A DNA stretch of 64,000 nt. It comes from an uncultured Nitrososphaeraceae archaeon. GTDB taxonomy: Archaea; Thermoproteota; Nitrososphaeria; Nitrososphaerales; Nitrososphaeraceae. Within the stretch, counting starts at the first letter, position 1. Every line of letters starts with the position of its first letter. The notes under the pieces are model-generated. The model had not been told where the DNA came from and ran no database searches. It worked only from the letters and a program-made list of their open reading frames with translations. The translations under genes and the position numbers were made by a program. The stretch lies in contig CAWIMJ010000016.1 in NCBI GenBank assembly GCA_963837175.1, positions 32,001-96,000 on the forward strand, read 5' to 3'. Shown here piece after piece: positions 51,745 to 62,547 of this stretch.

Positions 51745-53319
51745 TTAGAGACTTGGTGGTGCAGGGGCTGTCACCGATCGGTGTCTGGCATACCTATCAA
51801 CGATATCTTCAGGGTGCTCTCCATTAAAGAGATCTTTTGATAATCCCCGCAGATATTTCATTATAGCCCAAGTTCCAGCCTTTATTAATCCAGCCATGAA
51901 TACTTTCATTGCAGGACCATATGTCTTATTTCTGATAATTATAGGAATTATATCGTTGATTACCCATAAGTTGTGCTGCCAACATTTCCAGAATAAAGTG
52001 AATTGTGCTTCATTTAAGTTCCCAAAGTGCATAGAATTCTTCTCTGAAAAATCCTGGTAAAGTAGTGGCGCAACTAAACCTCTCATATTCATTTCTCTAA
52101 AGTCCTCAATAAGATCTATTGTATACTGTGTCTCATCGGGAGTTTCATCTGGCCATCCTATAATAAGCGTCAATGCAGGAAACCAATGATTTTGGTTTAG
52201 AATTTTACAACCCTCTCTTACTACTGCGCCCCATTCCTCAGGCTGATATGGCTTTGTCTTTACGCCTAGATGCTTTTTTACCATGCTAGGCGCTACTGTC
52301 TCTACTCCTAAATTAGTTGCAAGCCACCTTCCGCTCGCCTCCATGTTGTTTACCGTGGAAAGACTCTTGATAAGGCCTGGTGAAGACGTAACGGCTGATA
52401 ACGTCATATGGGTAGTTCCCACAAAATTTGCGCCCACAGATTTTAATCCTTTCCATACATCCAAAATTGCATCAGAATTTGGAATAAAATTCTTGTTGTC
52501 ACATCCATAAAGGAGCATTTCATCTGACTGAAGCCAAATAGAATCAAAGCCGTATTTCAAATTAATCCGGGCCTCGGTCAGCAATCTATCTAATGGTATA
52601 TCTTTCTTTGACCGTTTGTTAACATCACAAAAGTCACAACCCCTTCCACAACCACGCATTGCTTCGATCAAGGAATTTATTGTTGGGCCTCTTATCAAAG
52701 GAATGTTGTCAATATTTCTAACAAATGTGTGAAGTAATTCTGGTGCATCATCTCCCTCTAAATCTTGAAAAAGGTCCAGTGCAAGTTCATCAGCCTCGCC
52801 AATTACAACTGTATCAATTCCATGGATCTTCATTCTGTCAGGCTTAGCTAATTCCCAAGAACCATTTCCACCAACTACCACTTTAAAGTTAAACTTCTTT
52901 TTTAATTGTATGATTGAAGCACACATCTTCTTAAATTTCATAGCAACATAAGACAGTTTTTCTGGGGACATTGTTGTAGTAACTGGTGCCATACCCAGCG
53001 GATCCATTACATTAATACCCACCACTTTTGTGTCTGATCCTATACATTTATCAAGCATTTCTGGATGAGCAAGGAAAATATCTTCTCGCTTGTATTCTTT
53101 CAAAAGGGCTCCTTCGATTCTTCTTAATCCACATTGGGAAACCTTAACCTCTCCGGTAATTTTGTCAGTCTCGACGCTTGGACAAAATAATTTATCGAAG
53201 ACAAATTCAGGAACTAACTCATAAGGTCCGCATGCAATGAAACCATAAAGGAAGTTTCCTCTATAATTGGTCATTAGGCTACGGTCCGCTGTTAAAACTA
53301 TACGTCTACCAGCCGCCAT
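51745..53319 (-). CDS. B12-binding radical SAM enzyme, probable GDGT ring synthase (Grs) homologue
   Basis: CGRGCDFC; IVLTADRSLM, GLRRIEGAL, MDPLGMAP, VVVGG..W resemble the GrsA/GrsB family (from recall, unsearched). Confidence 0.75.
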   Translation of the reverse strand: MAAGRRIVLTADRSLMTNYRGNFLYGFIACGPYELVPEFVFDKLFCPSVETDKITGEVKVSQCGLRRIEGALLKEYKREDIFLAHPEMLDKCIGSDTKVVGINVMDPLGMAPVTTTMSPEKLSYVAMKFKKMCASIIQLKKKFNFKVVVGGNGSWELAKPDRMKIHGIDTVVIGEADELALDLFQDLEGDDAPELLHTFVRNIDNIPLIRGPTINSLIEAMRGCGRGCDFCDVNKRSKKDIPLDRLLTEARINLKYGFDSIWLQSDEMLLYGCDNKNFIPNSDAILDVWKGLKSVGANFVGTTHMTLSAVTSSPGLIKSLSTVNNMEASGRWLATNLGVETVAPSMVKKHLGVKTKPYQPEEWGAVVREGCKILNQNHWFPALTLIIGWPDETPDETQYTIDLIEDFREMNMRGLVAPLLYQDFSEKNSMHFGNLNEAQFTLFWKCWQHNLWVINDIIPIIIRNKTYGPAMKVFMAGLIKAGTWAIMKYLRGLSKDLFNGEHPEDIVDRYARHRSVTAPAPPSL

Positions 53320-53416
53320 TTCTATTCTGTATCCTCTCCAATTCGTCTACAAATTCGATATAAATCTATTACCATAACGTTTCTAGTATGGTCAGTAGGT
53401 TATCCACTTTAATTAA

Positions 53417-53839
53417 TCAATAGAGACCTTTTCTGTGACCTTTAATTAGTATTGACTTAAGCTGTCGATGGTCAAGAATACACAAAGCATTTGAAAATGT
53501 TACCCATTTATAGTCATCGTGCTCTTTCGAAATCTTTATTTTCCTAGTTGATGTAGTCGCAAAATAAAATCTGACTTCCTTTTCTGATTTCATCCCATCT
53601 GCTTTGAAATAAGAATAATGAATTCTACCAATATATGATTGAATATATAAGGATACTATGCCTGTTTCTTCACATACTTCTCTTATTAGCGTCTGTACTT
53701 CGGTCTCTCCTTTTTCTTTATGTCCCTGTGGAAAACCCCAAAAACCCCTTCTATTTCTTAAGAGAAGAAATTGAGATTCTACATTCTCTAGAGAAGTACC
53801 ATATCTTATAACTGCTCCTATAGACTGTTCCAGCGCCAC
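53417..53839 (-). CDS. NUDIX hydrolase (Ap4A hydrolase-like)
   Basis: WGFPQGHKEKGETEVQTLIREVCEETG, SKEHDDYKW. Confidence 0.9.
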   Translation of the reverse strand: MALEQSIGAVIRYGTSLENVESQFLLLRNRRGFWGFPQGHKEKGETEVQTLIREVCEETGIVSLYIQSYIGRIHYSYFKADGMKSEKEVRFYFATTSTRKIKISKEHDDYKWVTFSNALCILDHRQLKSILIKGHRKGLY

Positions 53840-53930
53840 TCTATACCATTACTTAGAAATTAAGATAATTATAATATTGTTACCTTATCTTAAAGGTATT
53901 AATATCCTACTAAAACTGTTGATTAGTGCA

Positions 53931-54004
53931 GGGCCGGTCGTCTAGTCCGGTAGGATACGGCATTGGCATTGCTGAGGTCGTGGGTTCGAATCCCACCCGG
54001 TCCA
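53931..54004 (+). tRNA. tRNA-Ala(GGC)
   Basis: Cloverleaf with TTGGCAT anticodon loop and G3:U70 pair. Confidence 0.93.
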
Positions 54005-54034
54005 AATCTTCTGAGTATTTTACGTATGATAGAT

Positions 54035-54520
54035 TCATATAGTAAAATTCTCGTTAATTTCGAAAGCCACTCGTCGTTTATGTATAATTTGATAAATTCT
54101 AAATACTGATTTAGTTCTTGAATCATAACCGATTTCTAATATACGTCTGAAGGTTTCTAATTTAGAATCTACAATAATCTTTCCTAAACCTTCGTTCCTG
54201 TCCTTAATTTTCTTTATTATTTTTTGAGGAAGATATATCGGAAAAATATTTGATCTTGCATATGCTAATCGTTTCCCAGTTGTTTTATTGATAATACATA
54301 TCTCTCGTTTGATCAACTCAGGAGTTTCTTTCTGTTTTAAAACTTTTACTTCGGTTTTAGAGTTAGTCATTATACTCAATATTGGCTCTATTGTTCCAGT
54401 TTCCGAGATAAGGATTTTTGCATAAAGTGAAAGTGTGATGTTTGCTTTACGTTCCAATTCGGCTATCTTCTCTAGCATATAGCATCCAAATTCTTTTATC
54501 GTTATTGAAACGACAGCCAA
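54035..54520 (-). CDS. Chorismate pyruvate-lyase (UbiC/DUF98/UTRA-fold) family protein
   Basis: LISETGT...V.VLKQ...KRE...AYARS...GLGKII...ETFR...R.Y.I...INENF pattern. Confidence 0.75.
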   Translation of the reverse strand: MAVVSITIKEFGCYMLEKIAELERKANITLSLYAKILISETGTIEPILSIMTNSKTEVKVLKQKETPELIKREICIINKTTGKRLAYARSNIFPIYLPQKIIKKIKDRNEGLGKIIVDSKLETFRRILEIGYDSRTKSVFRIYQIIHKRRVAFEINENFTI

Positions 54521-54544
54521 TTGTTCTATAATAATATACGAACA

Positions 54545-55255
54545 TTAAAAAAATGATCCAGTGGCAAATCTAAAAACTAAAACGATAATGGTAAAAATTA
54601 TAGTTCCTAAACTCACTAATTTAAGCCTAGTTTCAAGTTTTTTCATTCGATATTTGTCACGTCCATTTCTTCTCATTTCTTTATATGGTCTAGATGTTCT
54701 AATTTCGATATAACTTTCAAGACCTGCGATTACAGATATAATTATCGGCAAGAACCCAATGGAATTAGTTTGCATAATAAATCCTGCCAGCAATGGTAGG
54801 ACTCCCCAAGATGTTGCAAACCAGAAGCTGTTATGAAAAAATCCTTTGAATAGTTCCAGATTATATGCAAAAACAAAAAATCCTTCTAATATGGCAATTA
54901 TGCAAAGTAGCGGTACATAAAAAATTATGTAATAGATTCCAATAGCGTATGCAACTGTTAATCCCGAAATTATCAACATCCATAATTGTCGTTTGTTAAG
55001 GTAATCCCCCCATGGCTTAATTTTTGAACCTAAGATATCAGCAGCATGCGCTGACACTCCTAGTGCTAGAGCATAAATAACAGAAATAGCAATAACTCTA
55101 TCCCACAATACGATAGGAGAAAGAAGAGAACCAATTATCGTAAAGGATATGCACATACCTGTATATGGAAGAAATAGTAAGCCTATAAAAATACGGAATT
55201 TTATAGGCCCAAATTTCGGTACAAACCACTCATTCAAACGAGTATCGTCATTCAA
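54545..55255 (-). CDS. Multi-pass membrane protein, UbiA prenyltransferase-like
   Basis: About 8 TM helices; AHAAD, FAYNLE...FH...FA.SWG; TTG start overlaps upstream stop; canonical NDxxDxxxD not evident. Confidence 0.55.
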   Translation of the reverse strand: MNDDTRLNEWFVPKFGPIKFRIFIGLLFLPYTGMCISFTIIGSLLSPIVLWDRVIAISVIYALALGVSAHAADILGSKIKPWGDYLNKRQLWMLIISGLTVAYAIGIYYIIFYVPLLCIIAILEGFFVFAYNLELFKGFFHNSFWFATSWGVLPLLAGFIMQTNSIGFLPIIISVIAGLESYIEIRTSRPYKEMRRNGRDKYRMKKLETRLKLVSLGTIIFTIIVLVFRFATGSFF

Positions 55256-55929
55256 GGTTTTTTTGCTGAAATAATTGCAGCCGTCCCTAAAGTATAAAAA
55301 TTGCAAGAGATACTCTTGAATCCCGCCTGTTGTAGAACATACATCATTTCTTCTACCCATTTAGTATTTCTTATAACGTTATTTAAGTCCCTAAATACAG
55401 TTCCCCAAGAAGCCGAAAAGTTACCAACTATTTGAAGAACTACAAAATATGCACTCCATAAAATGCGAAAAATAATGTTTTGGGGATAAGTGAAGTCGTG
55501 AAAAACTATAACTCCATTATGGTTTAATACACGCCATGATTCTTCTACTAATCTCCTGATGTTCACATATTTAGCCAGGTAGGAAGATATAATCGTATCA
55601 AAACTGTTACTCCTGTAAGGTAGTGTTTCTGCATTACCATTAATAAATAAACCGTACCTTCTTTTCTTTTTTGCAATTTTCAAATAGTCTAATGCCAGAT
55701 CTAGACCCATTATTTGTTTTTTATTACTTTTTGATATTAATGAAGAAAGAATCCCAGTTCCACAAGCAAGGTCGAGGATATTTTCTCTTTTATCAAGGAT
55801 GCTTAACATATGATTTTTCCATAGGTAATCCTGTCCAAAAGTAGTAAGACGAACGATAAAATCATAGCTGGACGCAGTTTTAGAGTTAAAGAATTTTCTG
55901 GCAATTATATGTCCCTCATGTACTTGCAA
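55252..55929 (-). CDS. UbiE/MenG-like class I SAM methyltransferase
   Basis: F...A.SYD...TFGQD..WK, ILDLACGTG, NAETLPY...FD, RVL. Confidence 0.85.
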   Translation of the reverse strand: MQVHEGHIIARKFFNSKTASSYDFIVRLTTFGQDYLWKNHMLSILDKRENILDLACGTGILSSLISKSNKKQIMGLDLALDYLKIAKKKRRYGLFINGNAETLPYRSNSFDTIISSYLAKYVNIRRLVEESWRVLNHNGVIVFHDFTYPQNIIFRILWSAYFVVLQIVGNFSASWGTVFRDLNNVIRNTKWVEEMMYVLQQAGFKSISCNFYTLGTAAIISAKKP

Positions 55930-56006
55930 TATTTTTATATTGTATGTTACTTCCTAATATATATTGAAACTTATACAGGCAGCTCACACTATATAGTAAG
56001 AATAAA

Positions 56007-56714
56007 TTGTATTTTGTCAACTGGCAAAGAAAGGTATCTATAGAATATGTTGATGGACGAAAAGTAGTTGTTAAAAAAAATAAATCAACAAAAGTTTTTC
56101 ATGAATATCTTTTAATATTCACTTATACGCTTGCCTCTATTTTGCTGGCTCATCCTTCTGCTCCACCTTATTTAGGAAAATTTATGTTACAAAACGAGAG
56201 TTACGATATGAGAAGGAATTTACAAAAGTTAGGTATTCCTACGCCACAGCTTATTTCAATTTCGGAGTCTGTTATAATCGAAGAATATATACAGCAAGGA
56301 GACCTGTATCGAGCGTTTTTAGATGGTAAAAATTCAACGTTAGCCTTCCAAGCAGGAGTTTTAACCGGAAAATTACATAAGGCAAATTACGTTTTTACAG
56401 ATAATAAATCGCAGAATTATCTTGTTGCCTCAGATAAGTCTCTCATTAGAACTGATTTAGGATTCATACAAAAAAAAAGTTCAATATTTTCACAGAGCAT
56501 CGATATTGGTTCATTTCTTGCCAGTGTAATAGATTTTGAGAACTCCCAATATCAGGCAATAGAAAGAGCTTTTTTCTATGGATACAAATCCGAGACAAAG
56601 CATAGTTTTCCATATCTTTCTATCGTACTGAGAAATATTCTTTCGTTCGGTTTTGCTTCTAATCACACTGCAATGCTTCGAAATATGGTTAGAGACTCTT
56701 CAAAGACACTATGA
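56007..56714 (+). CDS. Atypical kinase-fold protein (RIO/Bud32/Kdo-like)
   Basis: VVVKK, E, GIPTPQL, EEYI, LH.....DNKSQNY catalytic loop, DLG. Confidence 0.7.
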   Translation: MYFVNWQRKVSIEYVDGRKVVVKKNKSTKVFHEYLLIFTYTLASILLAHPSAPPYLGKFMLQNESYDMRRNLQKLGIPTPQLISISESVIIEEYIQQGDLYRAFLDGKNSTLAFQAGVLTGKLHKANYVFTDNKSQNYLVASDKSLIRTDLGFIQKKSSIFSQSIDIGSFLASVIDFENSQYQAIERAFFYGYKSETKHSFPYLSIVLRNILSFGFASNHTAMLRNMVRDSSKTL

Positions 56715-57256
56715 ATCTGTTAGATGACGAAAGGAAAAGGACTAGCAAAATAAATTTTGTGATAAACACTATCATATATAATAAGCAGAAAACAATCAAC
56801 TTCTATATCTAATCGATTGTCATTATTTACTACATCTTGATAAAATTATTTCGGTCACTTATACTTATAAAACGAAAATATTAAAAGCTATTGCTCTAAA
56901 TATTTAATTTTTAAAATTAAGTACTAATTGTGTCACAAAATGGCTTCAAATTTCGGATCCAGTCAGACAAAGCAATGATAAGTTCATAAAAAAATGTGAT
57001 GGTAAATAAAAGATATATTCCAATACCGTCACGACGAATTTACACAATAACCTTGTTCAGAAGACGACACAGTCTGACAAGAATAGCAAAACCGTGATTT
57101 GCAGATGGCTATATTCTACTATCACTTAATAGGCCTATTTCGAATTTAAACAATCTCTATTTTCAAAAGGCTTCTTCTTAATATACGAAAGTATCTAGAT
57201 TTCCTTAGTTTTCTTGCCGTAATGTAGATAAACCCTCTCTAGTTTTAATAACAGAA

Positions 57257-58646
57257 TTGACTAGCTCAATAAGCAGTAACATTGATGAAAGCAGACGTAA
57301 AAAAAAGAAGAAATTACTTTTTGTTTTATCCGTTTCTATAATAATAGTAATCCTGACTATAATTATAGTCGCATTCCACTTTAACCTAGTGAATATGATA
57401 ATAGGCCAAATACAGCAACACAAAAAGAAACAAGGTCCATCTTTACAAATTCCATATAACTCTCTGAAAGTAGAATTGGTGACTGAAGGATTGTCTTTTC
57501 CTACAAGTATGGACTTTATAGATAGTAACAATATTTTGGTTTTGCAAAAGGATACTGGAACAGTACATCTTGTCTCAAATGGTATTCTACAGAAGAAGCC
57601 AGTGTTGAAAGTACAAGTTGACACAAAGGGAGAGCGTGGACTACTTGGAATCACACATAGTAGAAAAGATACTGTGTTTCTTTATTTTACTGAATCAGAC
57701 TATGGTGATAAGTCATTAAGAAATAGAGTATATAGGTATCATTGGAATGGAACGAATCTTCTTAATCGTACGTTGATTTTGGATTTGCCTGCAGCACCAG
57801 GTCCCTATCATCAAGGTGGAAAATTGAAGATTGGCTATGATAATTATCTGTATGCAGTTATAGGAGACCTTACTGGCAGCAGACGGTTTACTACAAAATC
57901 ATAAAGACGGAAAGAAGCCTAATGATAGCTCGGTCATATTGAGAGTAAATCCAGATAATGGTTCACCAGTCAATAATAATCCATTTTACAGCAATAATTA
58001 CAGTAGTAGTAGTAATAATAATAGTGATTATTATAATGATAAAGATGATGTTGAGAGCTTGTTGGGCAGCTATTATGCATACGGTATCAGAAATAGTTTT
58101 GGAATAGATTTTGATCCTATAACAGGAGCCTTATGGGATACAGAAAATGGAGAAATTGGCTATGATGAAGTTAATTTGATTAAACCAGGATTTAACAGTG
58201 GATGGGCACAAGTTATGGGGCCTATTACTAGAAATAATAAAACGGATAATGATTTAGTAAGTTTCCCCGGCTCTATATATACTGATCCCATATTTAGCTG
58301 GAAAGCTCAGATTGGAATTACTGACATAGAATTTCTAAATTCTTCAAAACTCGGAGATAAATATACAAATAACATTTTTGTTGGTGATATTAATAATGGT
58401 AATCTATATTACTTTGAAGTTAATGATAGAAGGACAGGCCTAAAGTTTGATAATAATAATAATAATAGGAGCAGCAGCCGTCACTATATTGGACTAACTG
58501 ATTTCGTGGTTGATAATGATGACGAATTATCAGCCTCAATTTTTGGAACTGGCTTTGGCCGTATAACTGATATTGAGACAGGTCCTGATGGGTTTTTATA
58601 TATATTGTCATACGAGGATGGAAAAATATATAGAATCGTAAGATAA
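57257..58646 (+). CDS. PQQ-dependent glucose/sorbosone dehydrogenase family protein, membrane-anchored, split by one extra base at 57875-57876
   Basis: GERGLLGI, HQGG, YGIRNSFG..FDP, DE.N, ITDIETGPDG; corrected join reads GDLTAADGLLQNHK. Confidence 0.88.
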
Positions 58647-59025
58647 TTACAGAATATAAACAACACAACAAGAGCATAATTCTTAATAAATTGGAATTAT
58701 TAGATATACATATTATGAGTTAAGTATATCACAGTATTCTAACCATGCGCTCTATAGAAGATTCTGCGAATGCATAATAGTTATGATAACATTAAATGAC
58801 AATTAATTTACATGAAGATTAGATAATCATTTTATTACAAGAACAAAATGCTAATACGTTTAAGGCAAATAAAATTGAAGTAGTTATTTATATCCATCCT
58901 GCATTTCAACTGATTTGTCGCTATGCATAAATGTTAGTTTGTCAAAACTCATTACCATTCATTTATAGCGCTAACAAGGTTGTTCAACGGTTATTGTCAT
59001 ACTTTAGTCTACTTCTCTATAGATC

Positions 59026-59418
59026 CTAAGGAACGATTAGTGTTTTTTTATCGAAACCACCGGAACCAAATTTGCAATAGAAGCATTGATCAGATTGCAT
59101 ATAGGGTATTCTTTGGACTATTACTGCCCCTATTTTAAGGGCTATTTTCGTCATCAACCTATACTTAAAAGGCATTGATGGAATTACTTCCCCAAAATAA
59201 AGACTATAATGATCAGGACAAAATTTGAGTATTACCTGAGCTTTTTGTCTTTGTTCAGGAACTATTTCTCTATTATTATTACTTACGACTTTGGCTATAT
59301 TAACCTGTTCACGTATATATTCATGCTTAGGGCATGGACAATTCTTACCGCCAGGATGCTTATAGGCTGGAACGTTCTTCCAATCCAAATTTGGGAAGTC
59401 TCTCTCAAAATCGTCCAT
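59026..59418 (-). CDS. Cys/His-rich hypothetical protein
   Basis: HPGGKNCPCPKH, CPDH, CFYC. Confidence 0.7.
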   Translation of the reverse strand: MDDFERDFPNLDWKNVPAYKHPGGKNCPCPKHEYIREQVNIAKVVSNNNREIVPEQRQKAQVILKFCPDHYSLYFGEVIPSMPFKYRLMTKIALKIGAVIVQRIPYMQSDQCFYCKFGSGGFDKKTLIVP

Positions 59419-59569
59419 AAGCGATCAATAATCTCTAATAACGTCATGTCATATAAAGGTGTGGGAAACATTAATTTTTTTAAAAATTGCCTCCCTCCAC
59501 CTAATAAGAATTACGGTTCAAGAATGAGAAAAAATATATTTTTGAAGGTATAACAGAACGACAAGCAAC

Positions 59570-60607
59570 GTGACAAGAGACAAATACAGTAATGGAAATA
59601 GCAGTGCAGCGACTACTACTACAACTGCTGCTAGAAATAATATTATAAGGAGCAACCAGAATTCAGCAGATTCAAACCTCAATACTCTACTAGAATTCAA
59701 AAAAACTCTAGTAGAAGAACAGAAAACAGGCGAAAGTAAGATTCAAGAACTTAACAATAAGATAGAAGGTACAAAGAAGCAGATTGATGAGGAAAGGATA
59801 CGATTAGAGGATTTTCGTATCAAATTAAAAGAAATTAACGATCAGAAAGACACAGAATACTCTAAATTTACTGAAATGAAAAGTAATTTTATACAAGCAA
59901 AAAATCAAATGAAATCTCTTGATGATAAAGCTGGTCCAGCTGGATTATCTAAATCGCGTAAGGAACGTTTTGATCTAGCTAATTTGACCAAAGTTTTTGA
60001 ACAGATTGAGCGGGACATTCAAACAAAGAAACTATCAAAAGATGAAGAGAGAAAATTAGTCGCAAAATCGAAAGAGATTGCTACCAAATTGTATGCATTA
60101 AAGATTATCCACAAGAAAGAAGATCATTATAGAAAAATTTCATTTCAATATGATGCAATAAAATCAAAAATGAACAATATCTTTGATCTGAAATCAGAAT
60201 TTGGTAACAATATTGGCGAACTGAAGAAAAGCTTAGATGTTCTTTTAAATTTACGTGAGAATTTATACGAAGAAAGAAGAAAAATAATCCGCGAAGTAAG
60301 AGAAGCAGCAGCAAAATTAGAAATGGTCGAAACACAACTCAACGCAATTGAATTTAGAAAATCGCGTATTCAGGCTGCTGAATATAGGCAAAGAAAACAG
60401 AAGGAAAGCGGAGAAAGGCGAGAATCCAGATACGAAGTAGCTCAAGAGAGAGCCAAACGTAGTAAAGAGAACCAAGAAAGATGGAACACATTAAAGGAAG
60501 CCGCATTAAAAAAGATGTCAAGTGGCGAAAAGCTAACGTTTGAGGAAATGAAATTAATCTTTGGTGACAGTAATAATCCGGATCTGATCATGGGCTCAGA
60601 TGATTGA
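59570..60607 (+). CDS. Archaeal coiled-coil protein (COG1340-like)
   Basis: Heptads, IQTKKLSKDEERKLV, C-terminal GEKLTFEEM. Confidence 0.8.
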   Translation: MTRDKYSNGNSSAATTTTTAARNNIIRSNQNSADSNLNTLLEFKKTLVEEQKTGESKIQELNNKIEGTKKQIDEERIRLEDFRIKLKEINDQKDTEYSKFTEMKSNFIQAKNQMKSLDDKAGPAGLSKSRKERFDLANLTKVFEQIERDIQTKKLSKDEERKLVAKSKEIATKLYALKIIHKKEDHYRKISFQYDAIKSKMNNIFDLKSEFGNNIGELKKSLDVLLNLRENLYEERRKIIREVREAAAKLEMVETQLNAIEFRKSRIQAAEYRQRKQKESGERRESRYEVAQERAKRSKENQERWNTLKEAALKKMSSGEKLTFEEMKLIFGDSNNPDLIMGSDD

Positions 60608-61256
60608 GTTATTTCCTTGTAGTGGTTCATATAGTTCCTCAACTTATTTTATCATATTCAAAAGAAAAACTGAACAGAAAATATAAATATTTCAAATATA
60701 TATAACAATAGTATTTTAATCCAATATACCAGGAACCTGATTCTCATCTAATCATAGTCTAATCGGTTATTATTTGACCATATTTCATCACGATTTGTCA
60801 AATCGATTAGGACAAGAATTATTCTTATCTATTTAAGTTTCGTGCTAATCGAAAGAATAACCAAGATAAGCCTATTTAAAGAGTTAAGCTAAAACAATTA
60901 AATACGGCTTATTTTTGTACGACCTGACTTGCATAGGAGGGTTGAGAATCCCATTCATGTTGTTTTGTGAAATAAAAATATTTTCAGACATGTGATCGTA
61001 AGATACGAACCAGATTATAATATAATGAAATAAAGAAATCAAAAAGAACATAAAAAATAGACAAATAATGATAAAGACATTTTGGTAAAAGATCTCCTGT
61101 AGCAAATTCGAACTATGTACAATGTCTCGCTCTGCCTAGTGATCTGAGTGCCATAATAGTAATTTTATAGAAAGATAGAGATAACGGTAATGAAATTCTT
61201 AGGATATATAGCAACTTATAATTGCCCCAATTTCATATCTCATATCAGGATTGTGA

Positions 61257-61718
61257 ATGTCTGACACAAGGCAGCTTCTTGTTCGTAGAATCAAGGATGG
61301 AACAGTAATAGATCATATCGAATCTGGAAAGGCATTGCTTGTATTACGTACTCTAGATATTACAGGCAAAGAGGGCAACGTCATTACCGTTGCCTTAAAT
61401 GTTCCAAGTAGTAAGCATAATAAGAAAGATATTATCAAAGTAGAAAACAGATTTTTAGAAAAAAATGAAACTAACAAACTTGCCTTAATTGCTCCTCATG
61501 CAACTATTAATATTATCAAAGACTATAAATTATTTGAAAAACGTAAGATTCAACTCCCTGATTCTATTATTGGAGTTTTCAAATGCACAAATCTTAAATG
61601 TGTTACAAACAGTGATGAATATATTAAACCTATCATAAATATTATAGATAAAGAAAAAATTATATTAAGATGCAAGTATTGTTTTAGAACTCTTACTATA
61701 AACGAATTAGTGTCTTGA
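61257..61718 (+). CDS. pyrI: Aspartate carbamoyltransferase regulatory chain
   Basis: IKDGTVIDHI, KKDIIKVE, C.N.KCVT, RCKYC. Confidence 0.95.
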   Translation: MSDTRQLLVRRIKDGTVIDHIESGKALLVLRTLDITGKEGNVITVALNVPSSKHNKKDIIKVENRFLEKNETNKLALIAPHATINIIKDYKLFEKRKIQLPDSIIGVFKCTNLKCVTNSDEYIKPIINIIDKEKIILRCKYCFRTLTINELVS

Positions 61719-61796
61719 TTATCATAAATACCATCTCAATCTATGTATCATCAGATAGTGCCAAGAGAATGATGAAAAAGGAAAATTATTACAATC

Positions 61797-62117
61797 TCAT
61801 GATTGTCCTAGAATTATGATTGCTACGACGATACCATAAATTGCGATTGCTTCTCCGAGAGCTGTAAACACTAACGCCTGTGATCGGAGTTCAGGTCTTT
61901 CGGTAATAGCCGCGAGTCCTGCTGCACCCACACCTCCAATGGCTATACCTGCACCAAGGGCAGCTAGCCCAAAGGCAACTCCTGCACCTATAAATTTCAT
62001 AGACCCACTAGCAGATGCTGCTGCCTGTTGGGCATCAACATTATTTGTCAAATGCTCTACAGAAAGTAAGGTTACGGCAGTAATAATTGCTACTGTTGAA
62101 AATGACAGTAATTTCAT
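61797..62117 (-). CDS. atpK: A-type ATP synthase subunit K (c)
   Basis: GAGIAIG..G, ERPE, LGEAIAIYG conserved Glu. Confidence 0.93.
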   Translation of the reverse strand: MKLLSFSTVAIITAVTLLSVEHLTNNVDAQQAAASASGSMKFIGAGVAFGLAALGAGIAIGGVGAAGLAAITERPELRSQALVFTALGEAIAIYGIVVAIIILGQS

Positions 62118-62405
62118 AGACAAGGTAAGCAAGATAAGGTGCCATATTTAACTATAACTAAATGACCAAAAAGGTAAATTTTATGGATAATGAAGTCTCC
62201 AAGGTTATAAGAACTAGTTCAGGCTATGTTATTTTTAGCATTTAACATCAAAGAATCTATCTATTCATAATCAGTGTCTTTTAATTCAAAGTCGGATGCA
62301 GAGGATGTTCTACAGATTTTATTTTAATCTATCAATGATGACGGATCAATCTCTTCTAAAATGGTCCAATAGGATCAATGTTTCTCCCAAAACATTGCGA
62401 TATAA

Positions 62406-62546
62406 TTATATATGTTGTATCTTTATTAGCGTGTTCCTCTTGTAATTGGTTAAATCCTCTTTTATATTTTCAATCATTAAATCATGCTCCTGCTTTAATC
62501 GCATTTTGGCAGTTTCAAACATTTTGTTGATAATATCTTGAGCCAT
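62406..62546 (-). CDS. 46-aa helical protein in the ATP synthase operon (below ORF-track cutoff)
   Basis: ATG 2 bp after atpD stop: MAQDIINKMFETAKMRLKQEHDLMIENIKEDLTNYKRNTLIKIQHI*. Confidence 0.65.
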   Translation of the reverse strand: MAQDIINKMFETAKMRLKQEHDLMIENIKEDLTNYKRNTLIKIQHI

Positions 62547-62547
62547 T

